Positions 1 to 12,573 are shown, counted from the stretch's first letter. The stretch is 64,000 nucleotides of DNA from Octopus sinensis (GCF_006345805.1 NC_043011.1:2604001-2668000); one strand, 5' to 3'. Program-made: numbers and translations. The notes: generated by a model not told the origin, from the letters alone.

Positions 1-185
1 CTTACAATTAACTTCATTAAAAACTTAAGAATTTAGTAAAACAATTTTGTTGTTATTAAGCTGGTGTTTGCAACATAAATTAACATGAAATTAAGATGGT
101 AGGTTTTAATGAAGATCACTTTAAAAGACAAAGAATGTTTCACAGTCAGATGTGGTCACAGCTGGGTTGGCATCAAAAGAGTAAA
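1..185 (-). mobile_element. Degenerate partial copy of TTAA-flanked (piggyBac-like) MITE
   Basis: Reverse-strand similarity by eye to the copies at 2782-3007 and 61180-61405 (gaatttagtaaa...ttaagctggtgtt...cataaatt...gctgggttggcatcaaaagagtaa). Confidence 0.45.
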
Positions 186-2781
186 TGTTTGGAATGACTG
201 AGGTATGAGATATCATGGTTGAAGATAACTTGGTTTACCTGGATTGAAGGTGGACAGAGACAGCGATATAGAATAATACTGGTTAAAAAGCTAAATATCT
301 TGGCTTGTCAAGATGAATGATAGGGTGTGTCATTCCTCTGTAAAGACTAAATACTTAATATAATATCTGGTAGTGATATAATCACTTTCCTCAAGCTGTT
401 GCAATCCATAATGAGACAGGAGCAGAGACCATTCCTTGCTGCTGGAACTCAGTTCATTTGGCACTCTCCTTTATTCACTGGTAGAATTTGGATCTAAATC
501 TGATGACCCTTCTCCAAAGGATTTATAGTGTCTGAAAATCTTGTGTTTAATTCTTCTAAATATATGGCCGTCAGTCAGCAAGGAAGACGTTAGCATTAAA
601 ACATTAATATAAAAATTAAATTACTGAAGAGACATTAAAACACAGAAGGCAGCAATGCAATACCACCAGGAGTTATGTTTTAGCATATATAAACCACTTA
701 TAATATCCTTTGAGCTTAGAAGAGAAGCCATAACAGATTAATGGCTATAGAATTTGCATATTTATTTGCTATTTCTTCTCAACAGCTTTCTTTATTTGAC
801 TATCATTTCAACTGAATGCAATTACCCAGTGGTTAAGAATAATATGCGCTCAATATGACTAACACTTAGGGATTGCATTATCTAACACCAACCAACAACT
901 GGGTATCATCAAGCATTAATTAATTCAGATAGCAAAGCTATTTTTTGACATTTTAGTATTTTGTTATTGTTTAGATTTTTTTTTTAATCATCACTGTTAC
1001 TGAATGTTAATATTTAGAATTCTCATCCTATTTTGTTACTTTAGATAATTATTGTGTAGTATAATGTTGCAAAAGCTTCTTCTTCAGCCATGAGAAATGA
1101 CAATGGCTTTCTGAAGTTTAAATGTGTATATATGTTATTGTCATTTTCTTTCTTTCTTAATCTAGTTTGTTATAATCATTATATGAGATTCTTATTTTGA
1201 ACTTGTCTGATTATAGCGTTTTGTATTAAACACAACAATAAAAAGATAAGAGTTATTTAATAATGAAGATTTCAAAACAGAAAATTCTTCAATATTCAAT
1301 ACATAAAACATTTGCAATGACAACTAAATTATCAACAACAGAAACAACTGCTGAAACAAGCCCATAGATACACAGCATGGCAATATGTACATGCTGTACT
1401 ATTCAGCTCATATGATAAACTATGCACAATTAGAAAACACATTGAAGTTAATCTGCAATTTTGGAGGCCTTATGTATGTTTAATATTTACTTTGAATATT
1501 GTTATTGAAACTGTTACTTAGTTTGTCACCTGTTGAATTGTCTTTTAACTGATGAGATTACTACTCATGTATTCTCTAAAGCTTTTCTGTAAAGAAAGGC
1601 TGGTGCTATACATGTAAGGCTTGTGAAAGTTCATACATTGGACCATATATGTCAACAAATGATGCAAAATATCTCATACATTTAGTACATTATATTGTAC
1701 ATATAATTATAAAATTATATTGTACTATTGAATACTATAAACATAAACAACGATATTTCCCTCTCTGGCAAGAATGATTTAAAATACAAAACAAATTGAA
1801 ATAGCACTTTCCTGATAGAATGTAGTAACCGTATTACCTTCATCTGTTGTTGTTTAGTTCCAGGTCAGCCTTATGATACAGTTGACCAATAATCAAAATT
1901 ACCACGAGGAACTATATTTTGCAATGTATCATTCTCATTTAAGACAATAGTGTGATTTTAGAGAGATTTGACTGTTATTTAGAGCAAACTGGGTGTGTAG
2001 ACTCACCTTCACTGACTCAACCATCACCAATTATTTTAAACCGGAAACCCAGAACTAATATTCGTATTCAACCAGTCATAGCTTGTATGGGAAGTTGAAA
2101 GAGGGAGCTAATGTCGTTAAAGGTTTATTCATCCATTTCAAATATTCCTTGTAAGCTTATACTTGTCAGCCTTGCATTGCTAACTGGCTTTTATTACGTT
2201 CCTGTATGTATACTAAAATGGCAATGCTTCCAGTAAATTACATGATCTCACTTTTAGATTAAATATTATAAGCTATTTATGAGATCGGAGGAAGAAATAT
2301 TGCTTTAGAATATCTGCCAAAGTTTTATTAGACTCTCATTTGATAGGGAAATATTCCTTATAACATGGAATATAATGTGGCAATAGCTTGTTGGGAAACT
2401 GGTAGCTAAAAACATTCCAAACAAATATTTTAAAGAATTACTATTGATAAATCTCTCGACATTGTGTGATGCTATCAGCATTATATGCATGGAGTTGTGA
2501 AATGAGTTACTATTCCTATGGATAAATACTAGAATGTAAACCTTATATTTACTGATATTTCTGTTTTTGTTTTGTTTAGAGGGAACAACATGAATATTTC
2601 AGTTTTACTTTGTTAAGAGATGTTATGTAAATATACATGGAATTGAACTCACAAAACTCTGTTTCATAGAGGGTGCCATCAAGGTATATTCATTTTATGT
2701 TATGTTCACTTTTCTGGTCATGATAGAGTCACTTGAAGCTGAACCAAACAGCCATTGCGTATCAGTCCAACAGATTCAGGA

Positions 2782-3007
2782 TTAATCCTTTCGTTACCAA
2801 CCCAGCTGAAACCGGCTCTGGCTCTGAATACAAATGTCTTGTTTTCATAAGTTTTGAATTAAAATCTTCTACCAAACCTTAGTCACATTTATGCTCCTAA
2901 CACTAGATTAATGATAACGAATTATTTTGCTAAATTCTTTATTATATTTAAAGTAATTGAAAGAAACAAAGAACAGCTCAAAATAAATACAGCAATGAAA
3001 GGGTTAA
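2782..3007 (+). mobile_element. TTAA-flanked piggyBac-like MITE (~225 bp)
   Basis: TTAA at 2782-2785 and 3004-3007; imperfect terminal inverted repeats (cctttcgttac / gcaatgaaaggg); further copies in the window. Confidence 0.75.
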
Positions 3008-3818
3008 ACAATATTCCCAATCCTATTCCATCAGAACTACATTTTCATGGCACTTGTATTCTACTAATACTGCCTAGCAGAAGTTGAATCTTGATGCTTC
3101 GTCAAGACTATAACCTTACAAGACTATGGACAGTGTTGATTCTTCAATAGAATTGATTATAAAATAATGAACTAAACTGTGGAGAAGACACTTTTCTCTC
3201 ATAGTAAAATTAATGTAATAATATTTTAATACTTTGAAGCACAGATACAGTTGTATGGCAGAAAAGCTCATTTCATAACCACATAGTTTTGAGTTTCATC
3301 CAACAATGTAGCACCGTAAGTGAGTGTCTGTTAACACTAACCCAGGTTGAATAATGTCTTACAAGTGAAATTGATAGATGAAAACTCTACAGAAGACCAT
3401 TTTGTGTAAAAAATATGTATATATAAATATACATGCATGCATATTTAATATGATAAATGTGAAAACTAATTTCTGTGTGTCAGTGTGTCACACTTAGACC
3501 CCCTCTCTCACTATTCAATGACACTCCTACTATTCCTCATCATCGGATGAGAGTAATAGTAGGCACAGGTGGGGAAGACAGAAAGAGAGAGAGGGAGAGA
3601 AAGAGAGACAAAGAAATTTAGGGAGAGTTGATGATGTTTTATTAAAAGTAGTAGTGTTGATGGTGGCAGTAGGAGTAATAATAAAAGAGAGAGAAAGAGT
3701 GGGTGTGTGAGAGAAAGAGGGAGATGATGTACAGCTTTGTTTAATCATGTATCTGACATAATTCCTGTCGCCAACATACTGAACACTATCATTTTTGTTT
3801 TATTGTTTGCTTTCTTTA

Positions 3819-3871
<53 letters not shown>

Positions 3872-3983
3872 AAATACACTTTAACTGAAATAAAGTTTCC
3901 CCAAAATTAAACGTATCTAATATAATAAATGTGAATGTTAGTGAGTCACACTTTTTCAACATTAATAAATCCATTCTACTGGA

Positions 3984-4188
3984 TGCACAAGGCTTCAAAT
4001 TTTGGAGGAAGAGATTTTAAGTCAATTACATTAACCCCAGTACATAACGGGTACTAATTTTATTGATCCCGAAAGAATGAAAGTTAAAGTCAACTTTGGT
4101 AGAATTCAGACTCAAAACCTAACAGCAGATGAAACACCGCTAAGTATTTTGCCTGGCACACAAATGATTCTGCCTGCTCACTGCCTTA
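3984..4188 (-). mobile_element. SINE family A (tRNA-like head plus Meta/LF-SINE-like central domain), degenerate
   Basis: Diverged reverse-complement match to the copies at 23985 and 57030. Confidence 0.7.
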
Positions 4189-4266
4189 ATATCATAAAAT
4201 AAATGTGACCATCAGTGTATCTCACTTTTTTAACTTTACTCCTAGGGGCTGTTGGCCAACATATCA

Positions 4267-4503
4267 TACCTATTTCTTTACTACCCACAAGGGGCTAAAC
4301 ACAGAGAGGACAAACAAGGACAGACAAATGGATTAAGTCGATTATATCGAGCCCAGTGTGTAACTGGTACTTATTTAATCGACCCCGAAAGGATGAAAGG
4401 CAAAGTTGACCTCGGTGGAATTTGAACTCAGAACGTAGTGGCAGACAAAATACGGCTACACATTTCACCCGGCGTGCTAATGTTTCTGCCAGCTCGCCAC
4501 CTT
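4267..4503 (-). mobile_element. SINE family A, near full length
   Basis: Reverse complement reads ggcgagctggcagaaacattagcacgcc...gttctgagttcaaattcc (B-box-like)...gtcaactttgcctttcatcctttcggggtcgattaaataagtaccag...gtagtaaagaaatagg. Confidence 0.85.
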
Positions 4504-4532
4504 ATATGCCCAACATATACCATTTTGGAATC

Positions 4533-4830
4533 AGGCTGACTCCATGAGTAAATTAAAAATATTCTGGGTCAAATCCAGAACCACAATTCTGAAATTTTGG
4601 ATTTCCAAGTTTTCATTACTGTGATTGTTTCCAGTGATTTTTTTTACGTGACTTTTTGCAACAAATGTTTTTGTATGATAGCAATTTTTATAATCTAAAG
4701 GCTAACTCCATGAGTAAATTAAAAACATTCTGGATCAAATCTGGACTTGCAATCCTGAAATTTTGGATTCCTATGTTTTCATTACTGTGATTGTTTCCAG
4801 TGATTTTTTTTACATGATGCTTTGCAATGG
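4533..4830 (+). repeat. Tandem duplication, period ~166 bp
   Basis: aggctgactccatgagtaaattaaaaa... at 4533 recurs as aggctaactccatgagtaaattaaaaa... at 4699, with about 130 bp alignable. Confidence 0.85.
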
Positions 4831-4915
4831 GTATGGTCATCATTGGGATATGACTCTGGAGGAAGCAATTGCAAAAAATTCTCCAAAGCAAGTCAGAGAT
4901 CTGTTTATAGATCTT
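4830..4915 (+). pseudogene. Possible Helitron Rep-helicase fragment
   Basis: Translates as HHWDMTLEEAIAKNSPKQVRDLF, resembling the Helitron helicase segment HWxxTLxEAxxxxSPxQxRxLF (recalled motif); short. Confidence 0.4.
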
Positions 4916-4987
4916 CCCAATCAGGGTCAGTTGCTTAAAAGCTATATAGTACCTTATAAGCCACCTAGTAGGGTGGCTTTTAGGCTA

Positions 4988-5045
<58 letters not shown>

Positions 5046-5059
5046 TTTTATTTGTTTCA

Positions 5060-5204
5060 GGACTTATTCATTGTAAGCCTAGTACTTATTCTATCAGTCA
5101 CTTTTATTGAGCTGCTCAGTTATGGGGATGTAAACACACCAACATCGGATGGTGGGGGACAACCACAGACACACAAATATATACATACACATATACCCCT
5201 CCCC

Positions 5205-5246
<42 letters not shown>

Positions 5247-5400
5247 GATGGGCTTCTTTCAGTTTCCGTCTACCATATCCACTCACAAGGCTTTGGTTGG
5301 CCTGAGGCCATAGTAGAAGACACTTGCTTAAGGTGCCATGCAGTGGGACTGAACCCGGAACCATGTGGTTGGGAAGTAAGTTTCTTACTACACAGCCAAC
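5060..5400 (-). mobile_element. SINE family B (tRNA-like head, CORE-like block, internal (TA/TG)n), partial
   Basis: Reverse-complement match to full copies at 24579 and 55387. Confidence 0.85.
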
Positions 5401-5625
5401 CACACCTGCACTTAGATAGCTTCTTGCTACACATTAAAGCTGCAAAACTGTTACTCAGAGTTCCACATTCCTGTTCGTTGGACAGTTGTGATGAAAACAA
5501 ACAATTGTCCGACGAATGGGAACGTGAAACTCTCAGCAACAGTTCTGGGATAATTTTACAGCTTTAATAAATGGTATATTACTCTACCTTTGATGTTCAG
5601 GTACTATTTTTTCTGTATATGTATG

Positions 5626-5690
<65 letters not shown>

Positions 5691-5699
5691 ATATATATA

Positions 5700-5733
<34 letters not shown>

Positions 5734-5734
5734 A

Positions 5735-5905
5735 GCACTCATTACACACTCAGAGTGGTTGGCACTAGGAAGGGCATCCATCCATAGAAAACCATAGCAA
5801 ATCAGACTGGATTCTGGTGCAGCCTTCCAGCTTACCAGCCTAGTCAAACCATTCAATTCATGCCAGCATGGACGACAGACATTAAATGGTAATGATGATG
5901 ATGAT
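5735..5905 (+). mobile_element. SINE family C 3' part, (GAT)n tail
   Basis: gagtggttggcactaggaagggcatcc...catgccagcatggacgacagacattaaatggtaatgatgatg, matching the copy at 46255. Confidence 0.75.
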
Positions 5906-5939
<34 letters not shown>

Positions 5940-6264
5940 TTATATATAAATGCATATATAAATTAAGAAATGCAGTCAAATGCAGGTGTTCTTCAAATCA
6001 TTTATATTTCCAGCATAGACGCATAATTAATGTCAACATATGTTGGAAGTATAAATGGTTTGAAGAACACTTGCATTTGACTATTTCTTAATTTATCCAT
6101 GTCATACAAAAACATTTCACTTAACCTTGGAATTTCTACCTTTATAAGTAGTCTATAATATCTTTGGCACTTACGTGAATTTTTGCTACCTTGGTAGCTA
6201 TTTATTTATTTTTTCCTTGTTTTTCATACACATTGAAAAATATACATACATATATACATATACT

Positions 6265-6296
<32 letters not shown>

Positions 6297-6297
6297 A

Positions 6298-6329
<32 letters not shown>

Positions 6330-7561
6330 GCATTGATATAATACATGTAAATACAGGTATATATATATATGTGTGCGTGTGTATTTATACACACACACAC
6401 ACATGCACAGACATGCACACTCATGTATGTATACTTGGCTATATGTTTGAGTGCATGTGAATTTGTTTATTTGTATGTGTCTGTTATTGATTCTATTGAT
6501 ACTAAATGTGGGACGGTGATGTTGTTTCTTTTCCTGTGTCTTGGTAGTTTCATCAGATTTTAATGAGGGAATGTAAGTGGAATAAAAATCCTTTACTTGA
6601 AAATCAAGTAAGTGTGAGCAAGTGTAAGGGATATTAACTGTTGAATATTCAGTAAGTTTTAAACAAGCCAAGTATGTTTAGAAAAAGTAAATATTAAAAC
6701 GTTTAGGAAAATGGTATACAAGGAAGCATAGCTGGAAGGCTGTAAAGGTAAACTCCATCAACACAAATGCCTTATTCTTAGAAAAGAGAAAAGCCTAGTG
6801 CTTATGGGAATAAACTTACTGACCATTTCTTCTCTGCTTCTACAGAAATAAATAACATTATAAATAGCATTACAATCTCCTGAATGAATTGCGCATATTC
6901 AGAGAAATAAGATTCTAATTTTGCCTTTTGAATTTTGATCTTTGCTGAAGCTAAGAAATATGAACCATTTCTAATCAAAAGTTGAAGTTATTTTACATTT
7001 GGGATTGAATTTAATTAATTGGTAAAGGAATTGAATATAAATAATTTTCTTTTTTATATATATATATATGTATCTTTTTATGCTTGTCATATGAAACATG
7101 AATTCCATTTCAGCAATGATATTAAATTTGGATATACAATTATCAAGAAAATATTCATACATATTAATTCTTTTGTATACTCAAGTCTCAATTTCAACAA
7201 AATCAGAAGGAAAAAGGCACAAATTTACATGGAACTATTGAACTGGGAATATGAATGATGATAATGAAACATTTATATAAGATGTAAATGGAGGTATTTT
7301 TATGTAGTTAATTTAAATTAAAAAAAAAAGAAATTCAAGATTGTACAATTTATTTATCAGAAGGACAAATTCTAATTTGAAATGTAAATAAATAGGATTA
7401 TTTCTTCATTTATTTTAAAGCATAAACATTTATAGGCTTATAAAGAATGGAAAAAGAATATCTGTTTCATGGATTAAGTGGTTTGGGAAATGTTTTTCAA
7501 ACTTTTGAAACAAATGATTTCAAACTAAATTACATTTTCATGTGACTTCTTATAACTTGCT

Positions 7562-7564
<3 letters not shown>

Positions 7565-7593
<29 letters not shown>

Positions 7594-7609
7594 TGTATGT
7601 ATGTATGTA

Positions 7610-7684
<75 letters not shown>

Positions 7685-7770
7685 ATATTTGTACATACAT
7701 ACATATATATATATGTAGATGCATATATGTATGCATGTACATTTGTATGTACATATGTATGTATAACAAC
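7565..7770. repeat. Compound (TATG)n(TG)n microsatellite
   Basis: Read directly from the sequence. Confidence 0.95.
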
Positions 7771-7864
7771 AAAAATAAGAATGGAGAAATTACATCTCTT
7801 TAATTGGGGATTACACCATAAATTACCAACAATCATTATGAATCCTTTTTACTTCTTATACATA

Positions 7865-7898
<34 letters not shown>

Positions 7899-8555
7899 TA
7901 CACATTTAGAAAGAGATAGATAGATATAGATAGATAGATATATAGATATGTAGGTATAGTCATGTGCTTACATATACACTTATATATACTCATCTGTTTG
8001 TTCATTGTGCATCCATTTACTCCAACTTAGCATAAGTTATATGAATACAAAATACTGAAGCATTGTTTAATAGGGGGAGGCCTTTCCTGTCACTCCGTGG
8101 ATTTTAAACTATGTTAAATCACTTCCAATGTCCTTTATTTTGAAGTTCATGAATTCATCTGACAAAAACGGTTTCTTTACAATGACCCGATGTTTTCATT
8201 AATAAATTAAAGGAATCATTAGAAACAGGCATAATTGATTGGCACCTGTACTTCTACTGTTACTCATTTGTATATTTTATTCATCTGTCTCAGATTCTGC
8301 CCTTCATAAATATTATGGACTGTATATTTAGTATAATGTACATGTCAGAATAGTTGTTCATGAACGGATTTCTTTACTCAACTGGTTCTAATTGTCTACA
8401 TACACTGCAAAAATATTATTTGGCTGGTAATTATGTACCAATTTTAATGTATACATAATAATGTGTGTATATATTATTCCGACCTAATGAGGTGCCTCAA
8501 TTTAAGTACCTAATTCAACTGACTCTTACTTTGTTTAAATATATATATATCTCAC

Positions 8556-8762
8556 GGGCATGGCTGTGTGGTTAGGGAGCTTGCTTCCTAGCCACATGGT
8601 TTCGGGTTCAGTCCCACTGCGTGGCACTTTGGGCAAGTGTCTTCTGCTATAGCTCCGAGTCGACCAAAGCTTTGTGATTGAATTCGGTAGGTAGAAGTTA
8701 CTGCTGTGTGTGTATATATGCGTGTAGGTGTTCAGTGCCCCTTCGAAAGAAAGAGAGGGGTG
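8556..8762 (+). mobile_element. SINE subfamily B-prime (family B head with an alternative 3' end)
   Basis: Head gcatggctgtgtggttagggagcttgc...gggttcagtcccactgcgtggcactttgggcaag, then gaattcggtaggtagaagttactgc...; the same 3' end is seen at 62113-62352 on the minus strand. Confidence 0.8.
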
Positions 8763-8767
8763 TATAT

Positions 8768-8844
<77 letters not shown>

Positions 8845-8879
8845 TGTATATGTATATATATACACATATATATATACAA

Positions 8880-8912
<33 letters not shown>

Positions 8913-8965
8913 ATATATATATATATATATACATATATACATATATATATACGTATATATATATA

Positions 8966-9304
8966 CAAATTATTACATTATATAAAAGGGCTTAGTAAAA
9001 TAAATTACTTTGCCGCATACTGAACTCATTAGAAACAGCAGCTAAAAAAAAACTTTTTTAAAAACTATTTCCAATACTTAAAGAAAACCTCTCTCATATA
9101 GTGTTTGCTCAATTCAACTCACGCAAATATGGGGGTTGAATATTTGCGTGAGTTGAATTGAGCAAACACTATATGAGAGAGGTTTTCTTTAAGTATTGGA
9201 AATAGTTTTTAAAAAAGTTTTTTTTTAGCTGCTGTTTCTAATGAGTTCAGTATGCGGCAAAGTAATTTATTTTACTAAGCCCTTTTATATAATGTAATAA
9301 TTTG
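8966..9304. repeat. Perfect inverted repeat, 165-bp arms, 9-nt loop
   Basis: 8966-9130 is the reverse complement of 9140-9304 (checked base by base, including homopolymer lengths); loop gggggttga; embedded between (TA)n tracts. Confidence 0.95.
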
Positions 9305-9449
9305 AATTCGCCTTAAATGGTCCCTTTGCATACTGAATACTTGGTGAAATTGATTAATTAATTAATTTTACCCTCAATTGTTGAAATATATATATATACA
9401 AATATATATACATATATACACATATATATTCATATACATACATATACAT

Positions 9450-9506
<57 letters not shown>

Positions 9507-9507
<1 letters not shown>

Positions 9508-9760
9508 CAAAAGGCATAAATAATGGGCTTTACATATTTCTTTATTTGTGCTTTTTTGACTTACCGTTGTTTCTGAAAAGCATGGTAAGTGCGTTCATGG
9601 TTCAGATTATTTAATTGATTCAAAAATTGAACAACCTTGAAGTAAAGGTTATTATGAATTCGATGCGAAGACTTCAACAGAATCATATTCTTTAGAAACC
9701 GCTGTAAATCAAACATGCACAAAGAAATGTGTTAAGCCCATTATTTATGCCTTTTCTTGT
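9507..9760. repeat. ~35-bp imperfect terminal inverted repeats enclosing ~185 bp (MITE-like or fold-back)
   Basis: acaaaaggcataaataatgggctttacatatttcttt versus aaagaaatgtgttaagcccattatttatgccttttcttgt. Confidence 0.75.
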
Positions 9761-11171
9761 ATATTACCCTGTGAAAAAGATGAGCTTAACAAAAAATGCA
9801 ACCCTTGATTTCCAAAATGAACTGGTGATACACTTCAACCTTGGACATTGCCTTAGGATTAAATGGAGTTCTTTATTAATATGAAGACTTTTTGTTAGCC
9901 TGATGCATTTGTATCAACAGAACTAGTGAAGTATTTAACCCAGACTGGCAATTCCTTGTAGTTAACGCTTTGCTTGGATATAATATATATATATCATTCA
10001 ACTATGGCAGTAGTTGAATAATATTCTTAAGGCCGCAGTTTACTCACATGCAGCACATTTCAGAGTCTATCGCTAATTCGGTTCTTAACCAAATTAAAAA
10101 CTGTTAGCATTTTTGAAGAAGACTTGTCTCTAGCTACATTTTGATATAAAAACATTAAGATTTGATTCTGTAGAAAAAAGTTTGCATCAAAATTTGTAGC
10201 AACGTTATAGGAGAGTAAGTAACACCACCAGTCAAGTTCAGATCTAAATAATTTTTTTTATTTTAAAAGCAAAATATATTTATCTTAGCGTCAACAATAG
10301 AAGAAAGCATGAAGAATTTCATAGTTTTGTTCCCATGTAACAAAAATTTGTATCAAAAACGTTTTGAGGTAAAATATCATGAAAAAAAGTATAAGTAAGG
10401 CAAAAAATTGGATTTAAGTATAATTAACTTTTTTTATTTTCAAAACAAACTATAAGGGGACTTTTAATATATGTCACTGGCGTCATTGAGGTAAAGGATC
10501 AATTATCAATGGCACCAATAATTTATGTATTTGACATATTACTAATAAGCATAATAGCATAGCCTAGAAAAAAACATGGATTACATAGAAAAATGCAAGC
10601 AAGAGAAATAATATTCTTAAGATTATAAACCTGGAAAATTACAGGACAAGTTATTACACTTGGAAAAGTTCAGGACAGCTTATTACATCTAGTAAAGTAC
10701 AAAAGAAGAACATTTGTGCTTAAAATATTGCAGCTAAGGATGAAATTTGAATATTAAAAATTACTTGATTTTAATTTACAAAGTAACATTATAATTCAAA
10801 AAGGTACCATCATTTTGTTAAAATACTGACACACTAGAATACTTAAAAAATGGCAGCCAGAAGTACCAATATATTTATGCAAATTAGAATAGTATATGTG
10901 GTAGGCAAATTCATTATGTAAAAAATAGGTATTGGGTCAAGACTAAAAATGTGAAGACTTGGCAATAACTTAGGCAATAACTCAAGCAAATTTTACTGTG
11001 AATTTGTGGTTATAGTTAGATTTTACTGTAATATATAACTAATTTTTTATTACTTTATTCATTGTACTAACTAATTATGTACTACTATTATTTTGTAGCA
11101 TACACTTGAGGTAAATTCCTCTCTCTCTCTCTCTCTCTCTCTCTGTTATATATACACAAATACGGATGTAG

Positions 11172-11342
11172 TAGATAACAGCTAGCCTTCGGCTGCCCTC
11201 TTGGACCATATTGTGTCCACTACTCTGATTGGTTGCATATTGGTGCACAATAGAGCAAGAGACAAGTTGCACCAATACCAACCAATCAGAGTAGTGGACA
11301 CAATAGGGTCCAAAAGGGCAGCCAAAGGCTAGCTGTTATCTA
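11172..11342. repeat. Imperfect palindrome, ~76-bp arms, 20-nt loop, inside a larger degenerate inverted structure (~10718-11590)
   Basis: tagataacagctagccttcggctgccc...tggtgca / tgcacca...gggcagccaaaggctagctgttatcta; outer pair aaaatattgcagctaaggat / atccttagctgcaatatttt. Confidence 0.85.
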
Positions 11343-11621
11343 GCGTATGCTACAATTTTTTCAAATTACTATTTTCAAATTTCTAATTATTAATTAATAA
11401 TAAAAACAATGAATTTTTTTAAAGTGCAAAAATATTTTGAGTTATTTTTTATTTTCAATAGAAGTAACAAGTAATAACAAATAGAAGAAATAATTAGTAA
11501 TAAAATTATTAGTTTTAATAAAATCTAACATTTTCTAAATATAAGTATTTTATTTGAGATTTTATCCTTAGCTGCAATATTTTAAGTGTAAATTTTCATA
11601 TCCTGAGTTCATATTACGTCA

Positions 11622-11730
11622 TGGTCGACTTTGCCTTTCATACTTTCAGGGTCCATAAATTAAGTACCAGCAAAGCACAAATTGATTAGTCCTCTTCCCC
11701 AAAATTTGAGGCCTTGTGCCTTTAGAAGAA

Positions 11731-11735
<5 letters not shown>
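11622..11735 (+). mobile_element. SINE family A, 5'-truncated
   Basis: gtcgactttgccttttcatactttcagggtccataaattaagtaccag followed by an (ATT)n tail. Confidence 0.7.
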
Positions 11736-11770
<35 letters not shown>

Positions 11771-11771
<1 letters not shown>

Positions 11772-12010
11772 AGTGGTGAGCTGGCAGAATCATAAGCACA
11801 ACAGGCAAATTGCTTTGTAGCATTTCATCTGACTTTATGTTCTGAGTTCAAATTCCACTGAGGTTGACTTTACCTTTAATCCTTTCAGGGTTAATAAGAT
11901 AAGTACCAGTTAGGTACTGGTGGGGGTGGGGTGGGGGTGGGGTCGATGTAATCAACTAGCACCCTCCCACTAAAATATCAGCCCTTGTGCCTATAGAAGA
12001 AAGGATTAAT
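11771..12010 (+). mobile_element. SINE family A with internal (TGGGG)n expansion
   Basis: ggtgagctggcagaatc head, conserved central domain, G-runs at 11922-11942, ATT-rich tail. Confidence 0.8.
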
Positions 12011-12265
12011 ATTATTATTAATAATAATGATAATATTCCTATTTCTGTCATCATTTGTAATACTGATGGTAAAAGCAGCATCCACATTGAAATGCAGAAT
12101 GTGGGAGAATTATGTTGACTTGATGTATTGTAAAAGTCACGAAATAATTACATCAACTGTAGAGATTCTGAAATGCTGTTATGTTTCATAGTTCTAGATC
12201 TCATTGAAAGAAGACAAAGAGTTGATAAACTTAGTCTTTACAGACAGAAGTCATTGCATCATATA

Positions 12266-12290
12266 ACTGCTGCTGCCGCTACTACTACTA

Positions 12291-12322
<32 letters not shown>

Positions 12323-12509
12323 ACTACTACTACTATTGCTGCTGCTGCTGCTACAACTACTACTACTACTACTACTGCTACTACTACTGCTACTACTACT
12401 GCTACTACTACTACTGCTACTGCTACTACTACTACTACTACTACTGCTACTACTACTACTACTGCTGCTACTACTGCTACTACTATTACTACTACTGCTG
12501 CTGCTGCTG

Positions 12510-12573
<64 letters not shown>

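Noticed and set aside
2580-2682. Plus-strand exon candidates with good splice sites (also ~39821-39893 and ~44464-44517)
   Set aside because: Stops occur in all three frames, and such AG/GT pairs are expected by chance in AT-rich DNA; they cannot be supported without RNA data.
5052-9614. Many YI/HT/CV-repeat ORFs in the track (also 14131, 54191-54914, 61621, 62652)
   Set aside because: These are translations of (TA)n, (CA)n, (CT)n microsatellites and SINE bodies.
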